DNA of 64,000 nucleotides, taken from assembly GCA_036785375.1 (NCBI GenBank), contig JAWMAR010000030.1, positions 6,448,001-6,512,000 on the forward strand, given 5' to 3'. This DNA comes from Leucoraja ocellata (taxonomy: Eukaryota). Below the pieces are notes generated by a model. The model ran no database searches. It was not told where the DNA came from and saw only the letters and a list, made by a program, of their open reading frames with translations. A program made the position numbers and the translations under genes. Numbering within the stretch: position 1 is the first letter of the stretch; every line of letters begins with the position of its first letter. This document shows, one piece after another, positions 37,551-49,615 of the stretch.

Positions 37551-39554
37551 GGGACTGACAGTATTGTTTCAATAGCTACCTTTGTTGTGCGAAAAGATGA
37601 AAACCAAAAGTGTTTTCAGCAACACATGCTGCCCTTATTTAATACATCTACCACATAAAATGATAGACGCAGCGTTACCAGGTTAAAGTGAAGACAGTCA
37701 AAGGTGGCCACTGATCCTGTGAATCTTCAACAGAAAGCACCTAAACTGATTGTTAATTCTGACTAGCTTTGTAAGATATATATTGTTCAAACATTTTACT
37801 TACCATTCCCCTGCCCACTCAGTGCCTTCTCCAATTTCATCCCAAGCTCCATAATAATTCAAACTATTCAAAACTAGCAACGCAATCTTCAATACGAACC
37901 AATATGTTATCAGACGGGAAGTGAAAGGAATTAATGCAAGGTGGTTTGAAATTAGCAGATGAGGTCAGTGTTCCAGTTTAAATTCCACTTTCTGAATTAA
38001 AACTCGTACATAAACCCACCAATGTGCAGGTAGGTGTCGTGGGCCTGAGCCAAACGGAGCGATTGGGCAACCTAGGACTTTATTTCTCAGAGTGCAGGAA
38101 GCTGAGGGACTAGAATGATAGGTCACAGGGATGCATCATTGAAAAGGTACTGCATGCAATAAGGAGGGCATTAGATTTTGGCATCACTGTGACCTTTCCT
38201 GAAGAATTGGATCCTTTAGAAGCTGAATGATTGCACCTGAACGGAGCAGGTCCAAAATCCTTGCAAGGCTAAGAACTAATTTGGCAGTGGAGTGGAAAAC
38301 CAAGCAGGACTTGGTCAACCAAAAGCCAAAATGTAGAAGAAAAACTATAATCAGAGGAAGGTCATTATGTGTGAAAGCAGATTCAGGAGAAATGCACAAA
38401 ATAATTCTCTTAACGCAAAACCTGTAAAGGCTGAATCATTGAAGATATCCAAGGCTGAGATAGATTTTTGGTTTATTGTGAGAAGCAGGCAGAAAAGTGT
38501 TGAGGCTATAATCAAAGCAGCCATCACCCTATTGAATGGAGATTCTGACTTGAGAGGTCATGTGGCCTCGTAATCTTTAATACCACTGAATTTGCCCACA
38601 GCGCTGATTAGCAATGAATAGATTCGATGCACTTGCACAGCGCAGTGTAGGTTCAGAAACTAAAATGGGGTTGCACGTATATATAGTAATTCCCTAAAGC
38701 ATTTCATAGCCAATTAAGAACCCTGGGGTGCCATTTTATTTATAGTGTGGGGATGTGCCACAAGAGGAACAAAGGACAAGAGTCACAAAATGAAATGTAA
38801 TGATCGCATCAAGAACATTGGGCAGAGTATGTTCTATTTCCTCTTTGACAGAGAACAGTTTAAGGCCTCCTGCAAATGAACCCGAGTTGTGACCCCACAC
38901 AGTTGTGCTACACAGTTAGAAGGATTAATGAGATTAGGGATAGACCGGCGGCATTCCAGGATAACTCTAAAATTAAACCTCAACTGCGGGTGAATAGAAG
39001 TATTTAATTATTGGTTGTAGAATAAGGCTGGTGACGGTGAACTAGGAAAACACTGGCCAATTCAGGTTTTGGTGAGGTCTAAGGTCATGATAAGGTTCCG
39101 AATGGCTTAAAATGGAAATGCAAAAAAAGAGTAACACCATTAATATCATCACCATTTACAGCTGAGGCTGTAAAGGGAACTGGGGTATTGTTCAAATTAA
39201 ATAGGCCTGACTATATCATGTATTGTGGTTTTGCTCGTTGATGGACCTGGAGTTCATTTGTCCCATGCAGTCAAACAATAAGTAGATTTCTTCTCAGGCC
39301 ACTGGATAGAAGAATGATCAACAATAACCACCAAAAAAATCCCCAACAGCAACAAATATTAGAAAGTAGCTTACAAATAGGGGTAACTACTAAAGGCAGC
39401 TTTGCCCGATGAATCAAACGTAGAGAACAAATTAATAAATAGCATGTAATAGGGCAAAAACAATGCAAGCTGAAGAGCACTTGCAAAAACAAGGAGCTGA
39501 AGAACCCAGGTACTGAATGTGAAAGATGAGCAGGGAACTGTGTCTCTGCTAATC

Positions 39555-39670
39555 TCTCTGCAACTGGATCCCCGACATCCTCATCAGCAGACCACAGTAT
39601 GTTAGAATTGGCAGATACACTTCTTCCTCAATAACAATCAGTACAGGAGCACCTCAAGGCTATGTGCTCA
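39555..39670 (+). mobile_element. Rex1/Babar RT fragment
   Basis: [19 protein letters not shown]...[13 protein letters not shown]. Confidence 0.8.
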
Positions 39671-40116
39671 CATGATTTAATAGCAGCTGATGAAATGAGC
39701 ATTTACCAGGCCACTGAGCCTTTCTTCGCTGCATCTAACTTGAGTTTCATTCATTACATTCGTCCCCGTCTGAGCAGTTCAAGAAATTCAGTATAGCTCA
39801 TGAGAAAGCGAGCAACGCAACTCGTTGTTGCATGCACCATGCACTTTAAAATATAATTCAGTCCAGCACGGCAGTCAGGTACTTGGAAAGCAGCATATCT
39901 GAAATTGGTGCACATCAGTTGAACTGGAAATTGGAACTGCGTCTGCCATGGTGTTCTTATCCATTGGAGCTACAAATCCTGGGAAATACTGTATCTCCCC
40001 TCCACTTGATTATTTCCCATTGTAATCACTATAACAATGGAATCATGCTCTTCGCTACCAAAACCTGCTGTTCTAAAATTCAACTTTCAATTGTCTTTAT
40101 CATTTTCACATCCATC

Positions 40117-40617
40117 TCCATTGAGGGAGTGCAGCGAATGTTTACAAGGTTAATTCCCGGGATGGCAGGACTGTCATATGCAGAGAGAATGGAGCACTGG
40201 GCTTGTACACTCTGGAGTTTAGAAGGATGAGAGGGGATCTTATTGAAACATATAAGATTGTTAAGGGTTTGGACACGCTAGAGGCAGGAAACACATTCCC
40301 GATGTTGGGGGAGTCCAGAACCAGGGGCCACAGTTTAATAAAGGGTAAGCCATTCAGAACGGAAATGAGGAAACACTTTTTCTCACAGAGAGTTGTGAGT
40401 GTGGAATTCTCATCCACAGAGGGCGGTGGAGGCCGGTTCTCTGGATACTTTCAAGAGAGAGCTAGATGGGGCTCTTAAAGATAGTGGAGTCAGGGGATAT
40501 GGGGAGAAGGCAGGAATGGGGTACTGATTGGGGATGATCAGCCATGATCACATTGAATGGCAGTGCTGGCTTGAAGGGACGAATGGCCTACTCCTGCACT
40601 GATTGTCCATTGTCTAT
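40117..40617 (+). mobile_element. CR1 3' fragment
   Basis: IEGVQRMFTRLIPGM; YTLEFRRMRGDLIETYKIVKGLD. Confidence 0.92.
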
Positions 40618-42099
40618 CTTCCTCGAGAAGATCTCTTATTATCTCTCCCTCTCTTTGTCCAAGTGTTTAGATGTCTGCTCAAGTCTCTCCTCATATTAAA
40701 ATTTGTTTTAAAGTCCTGATGAATCGCTGTGAGGAATTTTGCTCTATTAAAGGTGTTAAATAAATTCAAGTTCCTCCTATCTCTTCCTGATCAAGAAGAA
40801 GGTTATTCAGCCCACCACATCTAAACTAACCCGGAGCTTCACCATCATCATGTTCTCCTTGTAAGCTCTTCTCTCTCAGAATGTGTTGTTTTATCGGGCG
40901 GCTGTATTAGCCTTTGATATCTGGTATTCTGCAATAATATTAGCATAAACTACTCTTATGATGGCATTCAACAATCTCTGTACATCATTCTCAATTTTTA
41001 ACAATGAGCAGAACGACAGTATTTGTTTGTCAAGTAGAATAGAATTGGGGAAACAAGTAGCCGATTGAAAAGGAAATCATTAAAGCTTTTATTATTGCAG
41101 TTTCCATTATTTCAGTCAAATGATGAGCCTGTTGCAAGGCACAAAGAGCTACTGATGAATTCCAGTCCATCAGCCATTATCTCGATAGAGAATGTGTAGA
41201 CTCTCAATTACAGACAATGTACTGCACAAAAGCTGTCCCTTCAGTAATGTACAGTACCTTTATGTAGAAAAGCCCAAACATTCTGGAAAAGGATTCATTC
41301 AGACATTGCAAAGATGGTTACAAATTTGCATAAGGAGAAAAGCTGCAAGGATCAGTGAAAATGCAGACCTATAAAAGGAATGCAAAAGATTTCAAGAACA
41401 TGCATCCTCTTCATTTATTAGTAAAGCCAAATGTATGATAAACACTTGAGTAAAACCCTTACCAATGAGAAGTCAGTTAATACTGTAATGATAGATGTCA
41501 ACGGTTGCTACTGTCTGCATTAGAACATTTCGACACATGAATTCCAGATGAAGCATGCAGAGTAATTATAGATAAAGTGGCACTGTATTATCCATTGTAT
41601 GAAAGCTACACTTGATATCATAGGGAGTTATTAAATTCAGAAATAAAATAATAATCCAGGTAAAAACGGGGGAATAAATAAATATTTGAAAAACATTCTA
41701 AATTCTTAACATTCTTCAACGAGGTCAAAGGATTTGAAAAAATACATTATTGCCAGGTCTGGGAATAAATTTCAGTTTATAACATAGTGTCTTTCAATAT
41801 TTGCCAACTTCAAGGATGATTTGTGCGAAAAATAATGTAATATTTAAGATGCTGCTCTTCTCAGTTTCCTACTTTACCAGAATGATGACAGTTCAAGTAA
41901 ATATTATCGCCAGTAAATTGCTGAGGGCAAACCCTGAGGCAGTGGAAGGTGTTTCTGGTGACTGAAGCATACATCAGGACAGGAGTGAGGCAATTATTTT
42001 GCAGCTAGTATCTGTGATGAGCCACTAAATGGGTGAAGGAGTCATTGGATCAGACAGAAAAGACTCGTGTTTCAAACATATTCAGTTTCTTAAACAAAT

Positions 42100-42407
42100 G
42101 ACACTGGCAGCAGCAGTACAGTTGCGGCCTTACTGTGAATGCAGCACCGGAACCCGGGTTTGATCCCGATTACAGGTACTGTCTGTACGATGTTTGTACG
42201 TTCTCCCTGTGACCTGCGTGGGTTTTCTCCAAGATCTTCGGTCTCCTCCCACATTCCAAAGATGTACAGGTTTGTAGGCTAATTGGGTTGGTAAATGTAA
42301 AAATTGTCCCTAGTAGGATAGTGTTAATGTGTGTGGATTGTTGGTCGGCACGGACCCGGTGGGCCGAAGGGCCTGTTTCCGTGCTGTATCTCTAAACTAA
42401 ACTAAAA
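42100..42407 (+). mobile_element. HE1-type V-SINE
   Basis: cccgggtttgatcccg B box, V core, tail ctaaactaaactaaa. Confidence 0.88.
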
Positions 42408-42452
42408 ATAATGTATTTAAAGTCTTAAACTGCCCTCGATTAAACTCCAATG

Positions 42453-43300
42453 AACGCATTTGGAGTACTGTGAGCAGTTTTAGGCCCCATAATCTGAGGA
42501 AGGATGTGCCGGCATTGGAGAGGATACAAAGGAGATTTACGAGAATGATCCCAGGAATGATTGGGTTAACATATGATGAGCTTGACGGCAATGGGCCTGC
42601 ACTCACTGGAGTTTAGAACGATGAATGGGTAACATTGATACTTACTGGATAGTGAAAGACTTGTATGGAGTGGATGTTATTGTTATAGTTACTTACAAAA
42701 TTCTTAAGGGGTTGGACAGGCTAGATGCAGGAAGATTGTTCCCGATGTTGGGGAAGTCCAGAACAAGGGGTCACAGTTTAAGGATAAGGGGGAAATCTTT
42801 TAGGACCGAGATGAGGAAAACATTTTTCACACAGAGAGTGGTGAATCTCTGGAATTCTCTGCCACAGAAGGTAGTTGAGACCAGTTCATTGGCTATATTT
42901 AAGAGGGAGTTAGATGTGGCCCTTGTGGCTAAGGGGATCAGGGGGTATGGAGAGAGGGCAGGTACAGGATACTGAGTTGATCATTTTGAATGGCGGTGCA
43001 GGCTCGAAGGGCCGAATGGCCTACTCCTGCACCTATTTTCTATGTTTCAATGTGGAGAGGATGTTTCCACTAGAGGGAGAGTCTAGGACCAGAGAATGTA
43101 GCCTCAGAATAAAAGGACGTACCTTGTGAAAGGTGATGAGGAGGAATTTCTTTAGTGAGTCTGTAGAGTTTATTGCCACAGAAGGTTGTGGAGGCCTAGT
43201 CAATGATATTTTTTAGGCGGAGATTGACATATTTTTGATTAGTGTGGTTGTCAGGGGTTACGGGGTGAAGGCAGGAGAAAGTGGTTGACAGGGAAAGACA
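42453..43300 (+). mobile_element. CR1 fragment (host) split by a younger CR1
   Basis: ...gagtggatgt | ggagaggatgtttccactag continuity across the insert. Confidence 0.85.
42690..43052 (+). mobile_element. Young CR1 3' fragment nested in an older CR1
   Basis: TYKILKGLDRLDAGRLFPMLGKSRTRGHSL...; near-identical to 57760-58137. Confidence 0.9.
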
Positions 43301-43499
43301 GACGAGGACAGATTCATAGATAAAGGTGATAATATTGCAATGGTAATAGGCCAAATAAAATACACTTTGATCTGGAGCAGGTTTCAATGGAAGAGGCTTG
43401 AAGATTAACTGGAGTTACAAAAGAAATATACAACAGATGCTAGAAAATTGAAGTTAGAAATTGTGCACCTGCTGTGTCCCTGAAATCATTGAGTTATAA

Positions 43500-43760
43500 C
43501 CGACCAGTCTCTGACCCAACTATCTCTGTCTCACTTCCCTCCCCCACCTGGCTCCATCTGCCCATTTATCCCCTGCCCATCTGCTTCCATTTATCACCTA
43601 ACAATTTCTATCCCACCCACCTCCTCCCTCTTTGTACTGCTTTATACTGGCAATCTTCCCTCTTCGTTCCAAGTTCTGACACAGGGTCTCAACCTGAAAC
43701 ATGGACATACACCCTTTGCCCCCTCAGATGCTGCTTGACCCACTGAGTTCAAGCGTTGTG
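43500..43760 (+). mobile_element. Penelope-like element 3' region
   Basis: C-rich stretch, then ctgacacagggtctcaacctgaaac (degenerate hammerhead) and agatgctgcttgacccactgagtt. Confidence 0.6.
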
Positions 43761-44989
43761 CTTTTCATTCATTGAACTGTGTGTTGGGTGCTGAACACCT
43801 TGCTGTGCCTAGTCAGAGATGATGAGTGTAGATTCTTGAGCTTGGAAATGGTAGGAGGTGAGAGAGTGGGTGGGGATTAATTTGGGGGGGGGGGGGGTGG
43901 GGGAGGGGGGGGTGCGGTAATGTACATGTGAAAGGGAGAAAAAAGGGTTAGAAGTGAATGATGGAGATTGGGGATCTGGAAGGGAGGTTTGGATGGAGTG
44001 GGGCAGTGAGAAAGAGGGACTGAGTTTGAGGAGGTTGTGGGAGAGAGAGACAGGGATGGGGGCAGCAGTGGTTGATAGCTGGGCCCTTTATTTTGTGGTA
44101 ATAATGTAGTAACGCACTACTGAACTCAACAGATGGTGGAGCATGTTTCTTTGGATTTCATTATCAACTAATCAACGTTTTGTGCTTTTTTTTTTCTTTT
44201 TGTGCTTTTGTTTATATCAATTTGCTTTTCAGCCACAACCACGTTTCTTCTGGAGCCAAAGACTACATGTATTGCTGGGATCAAGAAACGACGGTGGAGG
44301 TTGAAGTTAGAGCGGATGAGAAATAAAATGAGAAACAATCGAAATCTCAAGGTCATGCAGACTGAACAGAGCGTTCCAGTTGGCATGTGGTCTTTCTGGA
44401 TGAGACAACACTGAACTGTGAGTTCATTGTAGTACATTGAAAGTAGTAGAAGTAAATTGGTGTTTCACCAAGAAAATATGATTGTGATCTTTAGCATCTT
44501 TTGGCTCTTCAATATTGCAGTTCTGAAAAGCAAGTACAGTACAGGGATAAATGTTAAACAAACATTCTTTATTGATGGGGATTAATACTCAACAACAGTT
44601 GTAGCGGGTTCAGCAATTATCAAAAGTCATAGAACATGGTATACATAATCCATAAAGGCTTCTGAACAGCTATGTTACTGTAGGAGACTGCACAGTGGGA
44701 AAAGAGGAAGCAAAAATAAGTATTGTGGTTTATGTGCATGCATGGCAGGAATAATCGTACGGCAAAGGGTTTTAACAACACTACTGGCAACTAATGTTTT
44801 ACTTGATTGTAATACCCTTGTAATCCTTGGCAGAAATTAAAACAAAGTCTCAAACCTTGTACATAATTTAAATCCACTATAATGGTAATGATTTCCAGAA
44901 AGAGTTACAAAACAAGTCAACAATTTTGTAGAACCTTTATACAGTTTCCAACAATAGCAATCCAACCAAACTCCTTCTGGCCCCTCATC

Positions 44990-46180
44990 TTCTGATCCAA
45001 ACATTGTTAACCACCGACACATAGATTGTCTCATCTTTTCTATTACTCACACTGACTGGATCCTAGTCTCCTCCAAACCTCAACTAACTCTGACATCTTC
45101 ATTAAACCTTATGAGGGCAGTGTTGTAGTATTTCACATAGAAGCTGGAAGCCCATTCTCGAAGTCCTCCTCACATCTCCCACAGGCCCATGACCCCACAA
45201 TGGAGCATCAGGCATTGTCTCCCAGAGGGTCACCAACCTCATTTCCTCAGAAGGTCCTCTCTAAGCCTCATAGTCCTCCAACCCTTCTATCTCCGTCCCA
45301 CAATCCACAAGTCAGGCTGGCCCAGGAGATTCATTGTCCCAGCCTCCTTTTACTCCATAGAGTGTATTTTTTTCAGCCTTCATTCCTTCCCGCCTGTCTA
45401 TTTTTTTTCCACTTACATCTGTGTACCTTATAGAGTCATAGAGCATGGAGAAGGGCCCCCTCACCCAACTCAATACTGACCAAGGTGCCCCATCTACACT
45501 AGTCCCATTGCCTGCATTTGGCCCATATCCCTCCAAACCTTTCCTATCCAATGACATCCTCCAGCACTTTGACATTTTTCTACCAACAGTTTCATTTTCA
45601 CCAGGATATGCAACTCTTCAGGAACTTCATCTCCCACCAGGATCACCTGAGGTCCCTTCACTTTCTTGCTGAATGGAAGTAAACTTCTCTTTCCACCATG
45701 TCTCTCTATTTCACCTGAGTAAACTCTTTGTATGGAAAAACTTTCCCTTCAATTCCACTCACATTCTCGGAGTCAGGTATATCAATGGAAACTCCCATGG
45801 GTCTGATCTATTCCTGTCTCTTCCTCAGCTCTGTGAGACAGTTCTATTTCCGTCCTGTTTTGGCCCTCTCCCTCAACATGTTGTCTATCCATTGACAACT
45901 ATATCGGTGCTGCTTCCTCTGCTCAAAAGACTATAATATTAACCTTGTTGCCCATTTTACAAACTTTAGCATGAAGCATATCTGACTCTTCCTTTCCCTT
46001 CTCATCAAACGCTTTCTTCGTTCACAAGATAGATGAGCAAACACACCCACAGACATTCATAGCTACATTGTCTGCAATCCTCCCGCCCCGCTTAACCTGA
46101 AAAGTTGTCTCACTTTCTCTCCTCCCAGATGCCACATGACCTGCTGAGTGCTTCTGCCAGTTCATGTATTTGCTTTAACA
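44990..46180 (+). mobile_element. Decayed Penelope-like retroelement RT and 3' end
   Basis: IFIKPYEGSVVV (~IKPADKGGAVVV), FYLRPTIHKSGWPRRFIV (~FYLLPKIHK..PGRPIV), NFPFNSTH...atggaaactcccatggg (~MGT.MGP), acagacattcatagctac (~TD.HSY); ends in the family tail cagatgccacatgacctgctgag. Confidence 0.7.
45430..45560 (-). mobile_element. CR1 3' tail inserted in the Penelope remnant
   Basis: catctacactagtcccattgcctgcatttggcccatatccctccaaacctttcctatcc. Confidence 0.8.
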
Positions 46181-46644
46181 TTTCAGCTGCAGTATTTTGA
46201 TTCTTCAAAGTTAAACAAGGGAGCCTGCAAACCGCCAGCTACAGTAAGAGACAGTCGCCCCCTAGCATCGGACTGGCTTTTTTGGATGACTTGAATCCAA
46301 CACTCCCCACTCACCAGATTTCCTTTTCCTTGTTTTGGAATCCTGTTGCTTGTTATTCCTGCCAACAGCTCGTTAATTAGATGAGGTGTGATTCCAAACT
46401 ATTTTAAATTTGAACGTGGTGTGCCTGTTTGATTCAAAATGTACAGTTCCCACTTCGTGCTGCATCTTATAAGGAATCTCTGAATATTTGGAATTATCTG
46501 AAACTATTGAGTGAAATCATATTGTTTTGGCACTATAATCTGGATATAAATAAATGAATATTATTGATAAAGTGTTCAGAAGCCATCAATACGTTGGCAG
46601 TCTCATTCACTTTAGATACTTAAAACTAAGTTATACCCTACTGT

Positions 46645-46987
46645 CCAAAGCAAGCGCTGTCTGCGGAGGGCGCTCAGCATCGCCAAGGACTGCTCTCACC
46701 CCAACCATGGACTGTTTACCCTCCTACCATCCGGGAGGCGCTACAGGTCTCTCCGTTGCCAAACCAGCAGGTCGAGGAACAGCTTCTTTCCGGCGGCTGT
46801 CACTCTACTCAACAACGCACCTCGGTGACTGCCAATCACCACCCCCCCCCCCCCCCCCCCCCGGACACTTATTATTATTTATTCAAATCGTTTGCTATGT
46901 CGCTCTTCAATGGAGATGCTAAATGCATTTCGTTGTCTCTGTACTGTACACTGACAATGACAATTAAAATTGAATCTGAATCTGAAT
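46645..46987 (+). mobile_element. Rex1/Babar 3' end with (GAATCT)n tail
   Basis: KRCLRRALSIAKDCSHPNHGLFTLLPSGRRYRSL...RNSFFP; possible TSD ctactgt at 46638-46644 and 46988-46994. Confidence 0.88.
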
Positions 46988-47284
46988 CTACTGTTTTTGA
47001 TGCTACATTGGTTACTCTGTGGCATCTCACCACTGGCTTGTGCTGACCAATCTTCCCGAGTTCCCTCAATGTTCTCTGCTTGTATGAGGGGCTGTACACA
47101 ATGCCTCATGTCACACACCACCAGGTTCAGGCTGTGACCAACTCGCACAACTTTCACCTTACCTCGTAACTTCAGAAATTCTATGTGCAGCTTATGTATA
47201 ATTTCTGTATAATTTCTATGTTGTATGTTGTCCGAGTTTCTGTGCCTGTGATTCAGCTACAAGCAAGATTTCCATTGTATCATA

Positions 47285-47460
47285 GGTTTATAAGTTGTAG
47301 GAGCAGAATTAGGCCATTTGGCCCATTCAATCATGGCTGACCTATCTCTTCCTCTGAACCCCATTCTCCTGCCCTCTCCCATAATCCATATGTCCCATAC
47401 TAATGAAGAATCTATCAATCTCCACCGTAAAAATAACCATTGACGTCCTCCACAGCCTCT
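47285..47460 (-). mobile_element. CR1 3' tail
   Basis: gtaggagcagaattaggccatttggcccattcaatcatggctga. Confidence 0.85.
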
Positions 47461-48014
47461 GTACTTGGGCATTTGCCAATAAATTGGACTTGACTTGATT
47501 TATTTCTGATGATTTTCCGGTGAAGCCATCACAGTTATGGAAGGGCATGGACATATTCTAATTGAGAAATATTCTGGCATTAAATATTCTAAATGACAGC
47601 GGGGAGCATCATTTTATACATCCTAAAGGTTTTGGAAATGTAACACTTCCAGATCCAACTCAACATTAATGTGCCTTTGCACTTGTTGCAGAAGCTTACT
47701 GTGTATGCTATCTACAGCTGCTGTTGTATTGTGTTGTATTGGGGCCACTGGTCCCTCATGGATGGACCACACATGAGCAATGACAATTTCACGCTTAGTC
47801 GCTACGAAGTTCTGTTTAAAAACAATGCCGTTTTAGGACTTGTGAATGTGATGTTCTAATTTCTTTGGGAGCAGCACCAACTGATGAGACTGTGGATCAC
47901 AAGATCACCTGTGGTTCACTCGGCTTACATCAGCCCTGTGAACTCAGCTCCAGAAAAGCAGCAGCCAGACAGAGGGCCACTGCGTTAAATCACAAATATG
48001 CAGAATCTGATGTA

Positions 48015-48152
48015 TCTTCTTCTTCTTGCGTATGACGTGCACAGTCTAAACTTGTAAGTTAACTTGTTCTATTTGATGTTGTTTGTACACGTCGGGTTGA
48101 CTGCATTAGTTGAAACAGGGTGGACCACGTGAAGGTTGCAATCTCCCACCCC
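48015..48152 (-). mobile_element. 138-bp non-autonomous retroposon with 5' HDV-like ribozyme and (AAG)n tail
   Basis: 10-bp TSD atctgatgta at 48005-48014 and 48153-48162; minus strand ends CATACGCAAGAAGAAGAAGA. Confidence 0.85.
48099..48152 (-). ncRNA. Minimal HDV-like self-cleaving ribozyme (predicted)
   Basis: P1 GGGGUGG/CCACCCU, P2 GAUUGCA/UGCAGUC, P3 ACC/GGU, L3 UUCACGU, J4/2 CUAA with a candidate catalytic C; no P4 helix. Confidence 0.75.
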
Positions 48153-48259
48153 ATCTGATGTACCAGAGCCCCAGGAAAAATATATCTAGCGAAGGGTGCA
48201 GTGTTGCATTCCAGCTGCGCAGATATAGTATAGTATGCGTGCCTTCATTGCTAGGGGCA

Positions 48260-49000
48260 TTACAAGAGTCAGGAAGTCATGATACAGCTCTATAGGACTT
48301 TGGTTAGGCTGCATTTGGAGTATTGCATGCTGCTCTGATCACCCCTTTTACAGAAGAGATATGGAGGCTTTGGAGAATATGCAGAGGAGGTTTAACAGAA
48401 TGCAGTAGGAAGGAAGATAGAAACTCAAAGATAGGCACAAAATGCTGGAGTAACTCAGCGGGACAGGCAGCATCCCAGAATGCTGTCTGGATTCAAGGGT
48501 TTCAGCTACAGGGAGAGGCTGGATAGACTTGGATTGTTTTCTCTGGAATGCCAGAGATTGAGAGGAGACGTGATAGAAGTATATAACATTACAAAGAGGC
48601 ATAGATAGGGTAGACAGGCAGAACCTATCTCTCAGGCTGGAAATGTCCAACACTGGAGAGCATGGCTATATGGGAAGAGGGGGAACGTTTAATGTCTGAA
48701 GAAGGGTCTCGACCCGAAAAGTCACCCATTCCTTCTATCCAGAGATGCTGCCTGTCCCGCTAAGTTACTCCAGCATTTTGTTTCTATCTAAAATTTAATG
48801 GAGATGTGCAGGGTCAGTTTTATACGCAGAGAGTGGTGGGGACCTGGAACACCTTGTGGTGGTGACGGAGGCAGATACGATCGTGACGTTTAAGAGGCTT
48901 CTGGAAATGCAGGGAATGGAGGGGTATGTGGAGGTAGATGAGATCCATTTAACATTGTGGGCCAAAGGGCCTGTTTCTGTGCTGATCTCATCTACGTCCT
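48260..49000 (+). mobile_element. CR1 fragment with two nested Penelope-derived inserts
   Basis: tataggactttggttaggctgcatttggagtattg...agagagtggtggggacctggaac; inserts near 48430-48475 and 48695-48793. Confidence 0.85.
48695..48793 (+). mobile_element. Penelope-derived insertion with the best-preserved hammerhead core
   Basis: CTGAAGA(48696-48702)-A-GGGTC-TC-GACCC-GAAA-A-GTC-ACCCATT; flanking tttaatg at 48688-48694 and 48794-48800. Confidence 0.8.
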
Positions 49001-49254
49001 GTGTAAGATGATCAAGCTGTGACTACACTGCAGAAAGTGACCGTCGATGATTCAATGTACATTTCTGCAGTACACGTATTGCCCTCCAACTATTTAGTGG
49101 AGCAGCAGGACAAATAATTCAGAGTAAAAAGTATGCAGTGTGCTCTCATCCATCTGGCTTCCAGGGGGAGTGAGGGTGCTGATTGCATGAATATGCTGGC
49201 GGTGTGAAAATGGATTCAAAACAATTATGTGGACTAAACTATTGTTGTGAACAT

Positions 49255-49615
49255 CGAAAGGCCTGGATAGAGTGGATGTGGAGAGGATGTTTCCACCAGT
49301 GAGGGACTCTAGGACCTGAGGTCATACTCAGAATAAAAGGACGTCCCTTTAGGAAGGAGATGAGGAGAAATATCTGTAGTGAGAGGGTGGTGAATCTGTG
49401 GGATTCTTTGCAACAGAGGGCTGTGGAGGCCAAGTCAATGGATAATTTTAAGGCAGAGATAGAGAGACTTGTGATTGGTATGGGTGTCAGGGTTTATGGG
49501 GAGAGGCAGCAGAATGGGGTTGAGGGGGAAGGGCGAGTCAGTCATGGTTGAATGGCAGATTAGCCTTGATGGGCCAAATGGCCTAATTCTGCTCCTATCA
49601 CATGAACATAAACTT
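49255..49615 (+). mobile_element. CR1 3' fragment
   Basis: ggcctggatagagtggatgtggagaggatgtttcc...RVVNLWDSL. Confidence 0.9.

Noticed and set aside
43850-44070. Functional G-quadruplex
   Set aside because: Poly-G and poly-C runs recur throughout the window (2531, 21690, 25379, 46842) as low-complexity, error-prone tracts; no specific context.
44168-44437. ORFs on both strands as an exon
   Set aside because: Short, no recognisable domain, no clear splice pair.
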